Below the pieces are notes generated by a model. That model saw nothing but the letters and a program-made list of their open reading frames with translations, did no database searches and was not told the DNA's origin. From assembly GCA_009914755.4 (NCBI GenBank), contig CP068257.2:42976001-43040000 (forward strand): a stretch of 64,000 nt of DNA. The letters run 5' to 3'. Source of the DNA: the human T2T-CHM13v2.0 reference genome, Homo sapiens. Both the position numbers and the translations under genes were made by a program. Shown here piece by piece: positions 52,215 through 64,000 of the stretch. Each line of letters starts with the position of its first letter. Position 1 is the stretch's first letter.

Positions 52215-53560
52215 CAGAATGAAGGAAAAAACCACGTGATCATCTCAATTGATATAGAAAAGGCATTTCACAAAATTCAAGATTCTTTCATGATGACAAC
52301 AATCAACAAACCAAGAATAGAAGAAAACTACCTCAACACAATACAAGCCATACATGAAAGACCCACAGCAAGCCTCATACCCACTGGTGAAAAACTGAAG
52401 GCTTTTTCTCTAATATTGGGAACAAAGCCAGCATAGTACTAGAAGTTTTACTAAGAGCAACTAGGCAATTGTTTTTAAAAGGAAGAAAGAAAGAAACAAA
52501 AAGCATCCAAATTGAAAAGCAAGAAGTAAAGTTAGCTGTGTTCACAGATGACATGATTTTTATATGTAGAAAACTCTAAATATTCCACACACAAAAATTT
52601 TAGAATAAATGAATTCAGCAAAGTAGCAGGATACAAAAGCAAAACACAAAAATCAGTTCTATTTCCATAAACTAACAAGCATAATCTCAAAAGGAAAGTA
52701 CAATAACAATTCCATTTACAATACATTAAAAAGAACAAAATACTCAGGAGTTAACCAAAGAATTAAAATAATTGTGTAACAAAAACTACAAAACGTTGAA
52801 AGAAATTAAAGGCAACAGAAATAAATGGAAACACATCCCATGTTCATGAATTGGAAATTAATATTGTTAACATGTCCATACTAACCAAAGCAATCTACAG
52901 ATTCAATGCAATCCCTGTCAAAATCCCAAGGACATTTCTTGCAGAAATAGAAAAACCCATCCTAAAGTTTATGTGGAGTCTCAAGGGACCCTAAATAGCC
53001 AAATCAATCTTAAGAAAAGAATAGAGCTGGAGGAGTCACACTTTCTGATTTCAAAACTTACTACAAAGCTACACTAATCAAAACTGTGGTACTGGCATAA
53101 AGACCAATATATAGACTAATGGAATAGCATAGAGAGCCCAGAAATAAACTCTCACAACTACAGTCAAATAATTTTCGGCAAGGCTGTCAAGACCTTTCAG
53201 TGAGGGAAGAACAGACTTTTTAACAAATGGCAGTGGGAAAACAGGATATCCACACACAAAAGATTATTTTTAACCCTTACCTCACACCATATACAAAATT
53301 AACTCAAGATCAAAGATAGAGAATCTCAGTAGGGAAATTGAAACTATTTTTTAAATGGGAATGCTAGAACTAAAATGTACAATAGCTGATATTTTAAAAT
53401 CCACATGATAGACGTAAATATAGAATGAGATTGAAGAAGAGTTCATGAACTTGAAGCACTTCAATAGAAATTATCCAAAATGAAGGAGAGGAAGAAAAAG
53501 AATTAAGAAAAATGAAAAGAGCCTGTGAGACATCATTAAACAGCATCACATATATGTAAT
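52215..53560 (+). mobile_element. Old LINE-1 ORF2 C-terminal fragment
   Basis: atctcaattgatatagaaaaggcatttcacaaaattcaa...; ...cccatgttcatgaattggaaattaatattgttaacatgtccatactaaccaaagcaatctacagattcaatgcaatccctgtcaaaatcccaag... Confidence 0.7.
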
Positions 53561-53568
53561 ATCAAACT

Positions 53569-53865
<297 letters not shown>

Positions 53866-56706
53866 ACTGGGCATTCTCCCCTAAAACACAAAGCTACAAA
53901 CACAGAGCCTCCTCCACCCCTCAGCATCAAGGGGGCAAGGGTGAGGGGTTGGAGGGCTGTACTTTCAGTTAAAGAGAGGCTAGCTGTGTGCCTGCAGTAT
54001 GGACTAAGGAGCCTGGAGCCTGGACTGAGGCTGCCAGGCTGAAAACCGAGACCATGACATCAGGTTCCAGCACACTCCATTGCTACTGGCAACAGCCATC
54101 CCAGTATTCCCACCATTCTCCTCCTCGGCTTACGGATCACCCGCAGGAGGTGGCGTGCCTTGTTGGGATGAACATCCGGATGCCCTTTGCCCCAGCAGTC
54201 CCACCCCCAGAGGTCCTACCCCCAGAACACTAACAAACAAATTGTGGAATAGGTTTGCAAATGTTTATATCAGCACCATCTGTAATAGCAGACTCTTGGG
54301 AACAACAGGCCTGCCCATCTACTGGGGGGCATTTAACCTGAAGTAGAAACAGCAGAACCCCAGGAAGGAGGCATGCTGAATACAGAATACACCCACAAGA
54401 AATGCAGAGGACCCTTAGCAACTCTGTACAGAGTGGGAGACATAAGTCTCAGAAGATTACTCAGAATAATTCCCTTTTAATATCATTCAAAACCACTAAA
54501 TTAGAAAACACACATTTCAGGAATACAAAGAGATATGACTCAACTCTATTTTTTCTAGAAAGTAACAGAATAAGGGGCACATAATCCCAACAGTGGCTGC
54601 CCCAAGAAGTTCATGGTAAATTATTGATGATGTTCTAGTTTCTGTGTCAGGTAGTGGGTTCATGGTTCATAGGTGGGGGGGTTGTTATAATCATTAATAA
54701 TTGATCAATCAGTAAAAAGTGGGCAGGCTCAAGAGGGCTGACTAGAGGCACCTGACCCTTGCCTCTTCCACAAAGAACCCAAAAGAGTGAGAGGTAACAA
54801 CATTTTGAATGGGACATCTGAGAGAGACACTGGAATTCAGCAAAGAAGCGACTGGAATTCAGCAAAGAAGCGACAGGAAATATCTGAGGCACAGAAGGCA
54901 AGGGAAGGGAGGCAGCTGGCCCAGCTAGAATCAGTCGGGAGCCCACAGAGACTCCCCAGTCCAGGGAAATGGTAAATGAGAGATTCCCAGCTGTCTACAT
55001 TTCCACCATGGATTCAGCATGGACCTGAAACCCTAGCCATGGGAGAGCCTCTTATTCTTCACATGCCCTGAGACTTACATAGGGATTTGCCAGGATGCCA
55101 CATAATGGCATTGCTCCAGAGAAAGAGCCCACACTGGGTCTCACACACCCACCAAGTCCTGAGCAGCTGTAGCATGGTGCCATTTTGAGAGCCCAGCCCC
55201 TAAAAGTCTGCATCCTGCCCTGGGGCCCAACAGATCTTGTATCTCCACATCCCTTCAGCTCTGCCGAATCCCACAACCCCCACCAACCCAAGAGGGCTGC
55301 AGGAGTGCAATACCAGCTGGATGCATCAATAAGGCAGGGGTTCATGAACTTGCATGTACCCTGAGTACAGGCTTTCCCCACCCACCATCATAAATTACCC
55401 CACACTATTCACCATAGCCTGTGTCCATGCACACTGTGTGGCCTGGCACTGCACCCTCAGTGCCTAAGCATACCATCTGGGGGCCTGGTGGTCCCCCCCA
55501 ACCCATTCTACCAATGCCAGCCATCTATGCACTCCTCCCAGGGACCTGAGGATGTGCCCACCCAGCATGCCACTACCACCAGCGCTCACTTGCATGTGCC
55601 ACCTGGGAGCTTGGGGACTGGCTTGCCCAGCCTGTCACAACCACCACTTATATTAGGAAGTGCTGTCTGAGAGCCCAAAGGCTGTCCCACCATTGCTACT
55701 ACCATCATCCATGTCAGGCACACTGCCCAGCGGCCCAAGGACCCATCCATGCATCCAACCCACTGCTGCCACTGCTAGCACATAAGCAAGCTGTCTGGAG
55801 GCCCAAGAATCAGCCTGCCTGGACATGGTAACACCAGTGCCAGCATATGCTACTCAGGGGCCTAAGGACAGGCACATTTGGCCCACTGCTGCCACCACTG
55901 GGGCCTGAGATTTGGCCAACCTGGTGTTTCTGACCCCAGAAAAGCCTCACCACAGCCTCCACTGACAACCACAGCCAAGCTGCTGAGGAAATCACAAACA
56001 CTAGTGATGCTGTTCACAGCCAAAGAAATCATACAGAGACTAAACTACTGCATGCACCCAGAATCATAGCTAAAGTATTCCAACCAGCCACCGCCATAGA
56101 CACATCTGCAGGAAAAAGTCTTCTCATAAAAAAGCCAGTCCCCAAAATTGGAAGAATTGATTGTTATGTCAGATGTGCAGATATCAATATAAGGACTCAA
56201 GAAACATGAAAAAACAAGGAAATGTCACACCTCCAAAGGGACACAAGAATTGTGCAACAGATTCAAATGAAAAAGAAATGTATGAATTACCAGAAAAATA
56301 ATTCAAAATAATGATATTAAGGATATTCTGTGAGATATAAGATAACATGGATAAACTATACAAATAAACCAGAAAAACAATTCAGGATATGAATGAGAAA
56401 ATCACCAAAGAGACAGATATCATAACCAAAGAATCCAACAGAAATCCTGGAAATGAATAATTCAATACATGAAATAAAAAATCCATTTGAGAGCTTCAAC
56501 AATATACCAGATCAAGCAGAAGAAAAAATTTCAGAAGTTGAAGACTGGTCTTTTGAAACAACTCAGTCAGACAAAAAGAAAAAAAGAAGAATAAACAAAG
56601 CCTATGTGACATATGGAACACTATAAAGTGAGCAAATATTCTAATATTGGATGTTCCAGAAAACAAAGAGAAGCCCAAAGGCATAGAAAGCCTATTTAGC
56701 AAAATA

Positions 56707-57007
<301 letters not shown>

Positions 57008-57088
57008 CTATTTAGCAAAATGATAGGTGAAAATTTCCCTAGTCTAGCAAGAGATTTAAACATTCAGATGCAGGAAGCTCAGAGATCC

Positions 57089-57468
57089 TGATATGGTTTG
57101 GATTTCTATCTCTGCCCAAATCTCGTGTTGAATTGTTATCCTCAATGCTGGAGAAGGGGCTGAGGGGGAGGGGATTGGATCATGGGGTCAGATTTCCCCC
57201 TTGCAGTTCTCCTGATAGTGAGTTCTCACGAGATCTGGTTGTTTAAATATGTGTAGCACCTCCCCCTTTTCTCTCTTCCTCCTGCTCCAGCCATGTAGGA
57301 CATTCCAGCTTCCCATTTGCCTTTTGCATTAATTATAAGTTTCCTGAGGCTTCCCAACCCACGCTCCCTGTACAGCCTGCAGAACCATGAGCCAATTAAT
57401 CCTCTTTTCTTTATAAATTACCCAGTCTCAGGTAGTTCTTTATAGCAATGCAAGAACGTACTAATACA
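57089..57468 (+). mobile_element. MaLR solo LTR (MST/THE1-like) nested in the L1
   Basis: tgatatggtttggatttctatctctgcccaaatctcgtgttgaattg...cctgtacagcctgcagaaccatgagccaattaatcctcttttctttataaattacccagtctcaggtagttctttatagcaatgcaagaacgtactaataca. Confidence 0.75.
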
Positions 57469-58432
57469 GATCCCCAAATAGATACAATTCAAAAAGATCT
57501 TTTCCATGGCACATTATAGTCAAACTGTCAAAAGTCAAAGACAAGGAGAGAATTCTAAAAATAGCAAGAAGAAAGCAACTAGTCATATATAAGGAAACCC
57601 CCATCAGACTAACAGTGGATTTCTCAGCAGAAACTTTACAGGTCAGGACAGAATGGGATGATATATTCAAAGTGCTGAAAGAAAGAAACTGACAGACAAG
57701 GATACTATACTCAGCAAAATTATCCTCCATAAATAAACAGAAATAAAATCTTTCATGGACAATCAAAAGCTGAGGGTATTCATCACCACTGGACCAGCCA
57801 TACAGGAAATTCTTAAGAGAATATTACAATTCTAAATCTATATGCACCCAATACCAAAAGAGTCTGATATACAAGCAAATATTATTAGATCTAAAGGAAG
57901 AGACAGACTCCAATACAATAATAGTTGAGGACTTCAACACCCCACTCTCACCATTAGACATATCATCCAGACAGAAAATCAACAACAACAAAAAAATTGG
58001 ATTTATACTGAACTTTAAAGCAAATGGACCTAATAGGCATTTAAAGAACATTTCATCTAACAGCTGCAGAATACACATTCTTCTCATAAGCACATGGAAC
58101 ATTATTCAGGACAGACCCTATGTTTGGCCACAAAACAAGTCTCAACTAACTTTAAAAAATCAAAATAATATCAAGTATCTTCTCAGACCACAATAACTAA
58201 AACTAGATATTAATAACAAGAAGAGCTTTGGAAACTGTACAAATATGTGGAAATTGAACAACATGTTCCTAAATGGCTACTGGGTTAATGAAGACATTAA
58301 TAAGGAAATCAAAAAATTTCTCAAAAAAAAATAAAAAGGGAAACACGACATATCAAAACCTATAGGCTACAAAAATAACAGTGCTAAGAGGGACGTTAGT
58401 AGTAATAAATGCCTACATCAAAAAGGTAGATG

Positions 58433-58550
58433 TGGTGGTGCCTATTGTCCCAGCTGCTAGGGAGGTTGAGGTGAGATGATCACTTGAGCCCAGGAGTTTA
58501 AGGCCAGTCTGAGCAACACAGTAAGACTCCATCTCAAAAAAAAAAAAAAG
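58433..58550 (+). mobile_element. Partial Alu (right-arm fragment) nested in the L1
   Basis: tggtggtgcctattgtcccagctgctagggaggttgaggtgagatgatcacttgagcccaggagtttaaggccagtctgagcaacacagtaagactccatctcaaaaaaaaaaaaaag. Confidence 0.7.
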
Positions 58551-58758
58551 TAGAAAGATTTCAAATAAACAATCCAATGATGCACCTCAAGGAACTAGAA
58601 AGGCAAGAACAAACCAAATCCAAAATTAGTAGAAGGAAAGAGACAATAAAGTATATAGCTAAACAAAATAGACTTTAAAAAAATACAAAGAAGTAACAAA
58701 ACAAAAAGTTGGTCTTTTAAAAAGATAAAAAAAAATCAATAAACAGCTAGCTAGGCTA

Positions 58759-59146
<388 letters not shown>

Positions 59147-59147
59147 A

Positions 59148-59150
<3 letters not shown>

Positions 59151-59202
<52 letters not shown>
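59151..59202. repeat. (GT)26 dinucleotide microsatellite
   Basis: tgtgtgtg... uninterrupted for 52 bp. Confidence 0.95.
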
Positions 59203-59204
<2 letters not shown>

Positions 59205-59943
59205 ACATTACCAGAGACTATGCTCTAAAAACTGGTAAACCTAGAGGAAATGATAATTTCCTGGACATACACAACCTACCAAGATTGAATTAAAAAAAAA
59301 AAGAAAACCTGAATAGACCAATAATGAATAACCAGATTGAATCAGTAATAAAAAGTCTCCCAGCAAAGAAGAGCCCAGGCCTGAATGGCTTCACTGCCAA
59401 ATTATACCAAACACATGAAGAACCAACACTAATTCTCCTCAAATTGTTCCAAAAAATTGAAGAGGAGGGAACTCTTCTTAACTCACTCTATGAGGCCAGA
59501 ATTACCTTGATACCGAAAGCAGACAAAAATACAGTAAAAAAAGAAAAGTACAGACCAATATCCCCAATGAACATAGATGCAAAACTCCTCAACAAAATAC
59601 TAGCAAACTGAATCCAGCAGCCCATCGAAAAGATAATATACCATGATCAAGTGGAAATTATCATACAGATGCAAGGGTGATTCAACATACACAAATCAAT
59701 AAACATGATATATCACATTAACAGAATGAAGGACAGAAAGTATATGAGCATCTCAATAGATGCAGAAAAAGCATTTGACAAAATTCAATATCCTTCATGA
59801 TAAAAACTCTCAACAAACCATGTACAGAAGAAACATACCTCAAAATAATAAAGGCCTTGTATGACAGACCCACAGCTAACATCATATTAAATGGAAAAAA
59901 GCTGAAAGCCTTTCTTGTAAGAACTGAATGAGACAAGGATGCA

Positions 59944-62610
59944 TTTTTTTTTTCAGTTTTCATCTTGTTTATTCAGTTTGCTCCGAGGGCAAAATCAACA
60001 GTAGTAGAGATCACAAACATTATTTTGATTGGCCTCACAAGTCTGATCAGTAAAATCCGAAAAACAGAAAATGTTACACGAGTTGCAAAGAAAGCACTCC
60101 TGGAGTTCACTGACATGATAGCAAGTGGAAAGAATATAAATGCAACAGGTGTTAACATTTAGAACAGTACTTGTAAGCCTGCTCATGTCTAGACAATTCT
60201 GGGACCCTTGCGGCAAACCCTTCATGTATCACTGCTGATTTCCTTGACATGAAATACGACTTTACGAAAATCTTCCTAGACCTTACTCTGGCTGTACTTG
60301 AGTGGTTCTTGTGCCTACGGCGCTGGCATATGCTGTCAGGATTTCCATTATCTGTTTCGTTTCTAGGGTTATTCGGGCTTCCTTCAGCCAGTCTTGTGCC
60401 ACTTATCTGGATTCTCCCTTCAGCTGATTGACAAATTTTGCTACTAGCTCCAGATCACCATGCTCAATGCAATAGGAGGCATATGACAGTAATTTAAACG
60501 TGTTTATATCTTCAGATCAGAGCTCTGCAGCTTCAGTTGCTGAGGCGGGAATAGAAGCAGGGACTGCAGGTAGGAGAAGAAGTACTGGTACAAGCTATTT
60601 CTGGTTTAATCAATCATTGCTACCCTTCGGGCCAGTTTTTGAACAGCATAAAAGCGGACTCTAAGGGTCTCTTCACTGTACACCCCATGGGTCAGGGACT
60701 CTGGAGGGATAGCTGTGGCTAAAGCTTTGGTAAATTCATTATCAGAACAGTTGGCTTTGATGGCCTCAACTGCACTACCCAGTGGGACAGCAGGCATTTC
60801 TGCAGATGAGGTCTTCATGCTGTACTTTAATGCCTCCACTGAAAGCCAGAGTTGGTAGGCTTTTCTGGCTTCCTCTTCAGCAACTGCATGACTCTGAACA
60901 GCGTGTTCGATTCCTCTGAGTCTGGCATAGGCGGTATTTATATCCAGAGTAAAGTTGTGAACTTGCTCTTGACTTAGATGATGAAACTGTAATTCTTGTT
61001 CCGAGAGTTTCTCAGACAGGTTCTGCTCAAATTCATACTTCAATTCCTGTTCTTGAACCCTAAGGACATCTCACAAGTGATCAGTGTGGGCAGCTGCCTG
61101 TCAGTGAAGCTAGGTTCTCATTTCATTCTCCATGGCATCTCTGACTTCCTCTACCTTTCTGTCCTATTCAGCCTGCATTTTACTTCCATGATGTTCTAAT
61201 GCTTTTGCTACTACAGAGTCAAATGCCCGCTTTTCTTCCAGCGTTTGTTTCTCCAAGGCTAATGTGATGTGCTGCTTTTCTGTGGCCTTCTGTTCTGCTA
61301 GCTCTCTGTTCAGCTGATCGATGTGACGATGTGCACGGGCAATCAGGGAGTTCAGATCATCAGTAGAGAGCTTGTCAGCTGGGTCCGAAACGCTCATTCC
61401 TTTCCACCCAGGAAGGACTTCTGGAGTAATACTGTCCAGCTGTCGTTTAAAGTCATCCTGAGCTTGGCCCACCAGCTCATGATACTGAGATACAAGCTTA
61501 GCCTCAAATTGAGCTGCTTGGACCTTTTTGACCACATTATCCAGATCAACTATCATGTTGTGAAGTTTATATGAGGCTTGGCCCCAGCAACCTCTTCTTT
61601 CTTTGCATTTTCAGTCACACTTTTCATCTTCTCTACCTCTTCTTTGGCTTTGAGAAGGGCATTGGCAGCTTCATCTACTGCCTTTCTGTGTTCCTTCAAC
61701 GCACCTTGCACTGTGTGCCACTTAGCAGACTTCTTCTTGCCCTCAATCTCAGAATTGTCCATGGCGGCTTTCAATATGTTGGAGTGTGCATTGACAGCCT
61801 GGACCACAGTGTTCTGAGCTGCAATCGCCTGCAGAGTGACATTTGCAGTTTGCCTCAGAGCATCTTCAAAGCTCTTGGCTAGAGACTCAGTTTTAACTTG
61901 TTCTTGTTTTTCCTGTTGTGCAAGGCAAGCTGCAATTTCTTCACATGGTCGTTCCCTTATAGAAGATGAGGATGCTTCTTCTGAAAGTGCAGGTGTGGGT
62001 TTTCCTTCATCAATTTCAGGGTGATCAGTTTTTAAAGATTCCTCATGCTGAACCCCAGGGACCAACACTGTATCACCTGCGGTTGCTGAAGCTGGAGTAT
62101 CTCCCTTTTGTTTTTGGAGTTGTGAGGCAGGCTGTTTAAATTCTTTTGTTACTTCTGATACACTAGAGATTTTTAGTGGACCAGACTGAGTTGATTTCTT
62201 TGGCAATGGAACATTATAAGGTGCAGAACCAAGAACCACCTCGAAGAGTTTGTCTGAGTAAGGTATGGTTTTCTCTACTCTTTCTCGGAAATGGGAAGCC
62301 CATTTGGCATATAGGATAGTGCCACCAATACCTCCACCAAAAAACAAAAGGCCAGCTCCAGCAATGTTGCCAGTAGTCAACCACAGAGCTGCCTGAAGTA
62401 GAGTATCGGCGGCATGGTCGCAGTGGACGGAGGACTAACTTCCCATAGAGACAACTCTGGGCCACAGCGGTCACACTCGATAACTGACAGGCCTGCAGTA
62501 TCTGTCGAGCGGACGGTGCTGCTGGTGGATGCGGGAGCTGCCATGGCGGCACGAGTAAGTGGAGGCATGTGTACATATGTCAAGGATGCCTATTTTTATC
62601 ACTCCTATTG
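59944..62610 (-). pseudogene. IMMTP1: Processed (intronless, polyadenylated) pseudogene of IMMT (mitofilin/MIC60), inserted into L1 ORF2
   Basis: Minus-strand ORFs colinear with IMMT, separated by frameshifts: 62214-62576 (...[38 protein letters not shown]), 61553-62380 ([26 protein letters not shown]...LKISSVSEV...AGAKPHI), 61164-61556 ([15 protein letters not shown]...), 60606-61043 (...EFEQNLSEKLSEQELQF...YAVQKLARRVAMID), and ...LSYASYCIEHGDLEL...GTRTTQVQPE with stop at 60283-60285. The initiator ATG is mutated to ATA (62502-62504). There is a 3'UTR with AATAAA (revcomp at 59968-59973) and a poly-A, seen as a T10 run at 59944-59953 on the + strand. A chr21q22.3 IMMT pseudogene is known as IMMTP1. 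Confidence 0.85.
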
Positions 62611-62618
62611 ATATGGTT

Positions 62619-63008
62619 TGGATCTGTGTCCCCACCCAAACTTGAAATGTAATCCCCAGCGCTGGAGGTGGAGCCTGGTAGGAGGTGATTGGATCATGAG
62701 GGCCATTTCTCATGAATGGTTTAACACCATCCCTCTTGGTGGTATTGTCATGATAATCAGTTCTTGTGAGATCTGGTTGTTTAAAAGTGTGTGGCATCCT
62801 CCCCCCACCCACACTGCTCCAGAATGTGAAGCACTGGTGCCCCTTTTGCCTTCTGCCATGACTGTAAGCTTCCTGAGGCCTCCCTAGAAGCAGAAGCCTC
62901 TATGGTTCCTGTATAGCCTGCAGAACCATAAGCCAATTAAACCTCTTTTCTTTATAAATTACCCACTCTCAGGTATCTTTATAGCAATGTAAGAATGGAC
63001 TAATACAC
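62619..63008 (+). mobile_element. MaLR solo LTR (MST/THE1-like) abutting the 5' end of the IMMT retrocopy
   Basis: tgatatggtttggatctgtgtccccacccaaacttgaaatgtaatccc...cctgcagaaccataagccaattaaacctcttttctttataaattacccactctcaggtatctttatagcaatgtaagaatggactaatacac. Confidence 0.75.
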
Positions 63009-64000
63009 CTATTCAACATAGTACTGGAAGTCCAATCCAGTGCAATCAGGTAAGAGATAGAAATAAAAGCCGTCCCAATTGGAAGAGAGGAAGTCAAATT
63101 GTCCCTCTTTGCACATGACATGATTTTATATTTAGAAAAATCTAAAGACTCCACCAAAAAACTATTAGAACTGATAAACAAATTTAGTAAAGTTGCAGGA
63201 TACAAAATCAACATATAAAAATCAGTAGTGTTTCGATACACCAATAACAAACTAGCTGAAAAAGTAAGCAAAAAGGCAATCCATGAAGGCTAAAACAACT
63301 CCATCTTGGATGCTAATCTGCCATATGGACTTCTAGTTAACCTGTTCTGGGAAGGCCTCTAAAATTTCCAGTTTATCTACTGTTCCTTGTATAAGAGCAC
63401 ATACTATAAATCCTGCTTCAAAACAACCTTGACGTTATCCTACTTCAATTGGTCTACAGAGCCCTTCTAAATCACATATACCCTTTCCTTATGGTATATA
63501 AGCCTTGGGTCTGGAGGGGTAATGGCACAGGGATCCACCAGCTTATCTTACCACCACCCAAGACACAGACATGGCTTCTGTTTTAAGTCCTTATTAAATG
63601 TTTCTTTCTGAGAAACTGGATTTGTCAGCCTCTTTCTGTGGCCTCTCAGCTTCCTTGAACTTTGGGGGTAGGTTTGCATAGACCTGCCCATGGAACACAA
63701 TCTCATTCACAATAGCTATTTTAAAAATAAAATACCTGGCAATAAATATAACCAAGGATGTGAAGGACCTCTGCAAAGAAAACTACAAAACACTGATAAA
63801 ATAAATTGAAGAAGACACAAACAAATGGAAAGACATTCCATGTTCATGGATCAGAAGAAATGATATTGTTAGAAAGATCATACTATCCAAAGCAATCAAC
63901 AGACTCAATGCAATCTCTATCAAAATGCCAATGACATGTTTCACAGAAGTAGAAAAAACAGTCCTAAAATTCATATGGAACCGAAAAGGACCCTGAATAG

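Noticed and set aside
61553-62380. 275-aa open reading frame in the IMMT retrocopy as a possible functional retrogene
   Set aside because: The initiator ATG is mutated to ATA and the ORF is opened by a 2-bp insertion. Downstream segments are in different frames, and the ORF track's M here is a TTG alternative start. It is a decayed processed pseudogene.

Overview
Primate (almost certainly human) genomic DNA, not prokaryotic. The window matches the hair keratin-associated protein (KAP) cluster at chr21q22.3, which lies inside introns of TSPEAR. I could not place any TSPEAR exon. It carries six intact single-exon, high-sulfur KRTAP genes. Three KRTAP10 genes are on the + strand: 11612-12490 (292 aa), 21869-22624 (251 aa) and 30915-31811 (298 aa). 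Their lengths and order fit KRTAP10-9, -10 and -11. Three KRTAP12 genes follow in alternating orientation: 38729-39067 on - (112 aa), 42426-42716 on + (96 aa) and 50864-51304 on - (146 aa). These fit KRTAP12-4, -3 and -2. Each gene has a TATA box roughly 70-110 bp upstream of its ATG. I found an AATAAA signal 200-320 bp past the stop for every gene except KRTAP12-4. The three KRTAP10 genes sit in tandem units of roughly 9-10 kb. A fourth unit at the window start keeps only the promoter, 5'UTR and first 19 codons of a KRTAP10 gene. Its remaining CDS was removed by a deletion of about 1.5 kb with GGTGG microhomology at the junction. The rest is primate repeat landscape. There are about 20 Alu elements, several with intact target-site duplications. 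There are many old LINE-1 fragments and four MaLR (THE1/MST-like) solo LTRs. A near full-length old L1 at 54.2-64 kb is interrupted by Alus, a (GT)26 microsatellite and a MaLR LTR. It also contains, on the - strand, a processed pseudogene of IMMT (mitofilin/MIC60), consistent with IMMTP1. I see no evidence of a novel 'system' in the prokaryotic sense. The most interesting observations are the deletion-derived KRTAP10 remnant, an orphan duplicated KRTAP12 promoter about 0.9 kb downstream of KRTAP12-3, and direct repeats flanking KRTAP12-2. Also notable are a conserved upstream motif and a CACTCAC-type microsatellite shared by all KRTAP10 promoters, an inverted Alu pair just upstream of KRTAP10-11, and several minisatellites. 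Gene-symbol assignments rest on protein length, order and orientation recalled from the known cluster. They should be confirmed by alignment.
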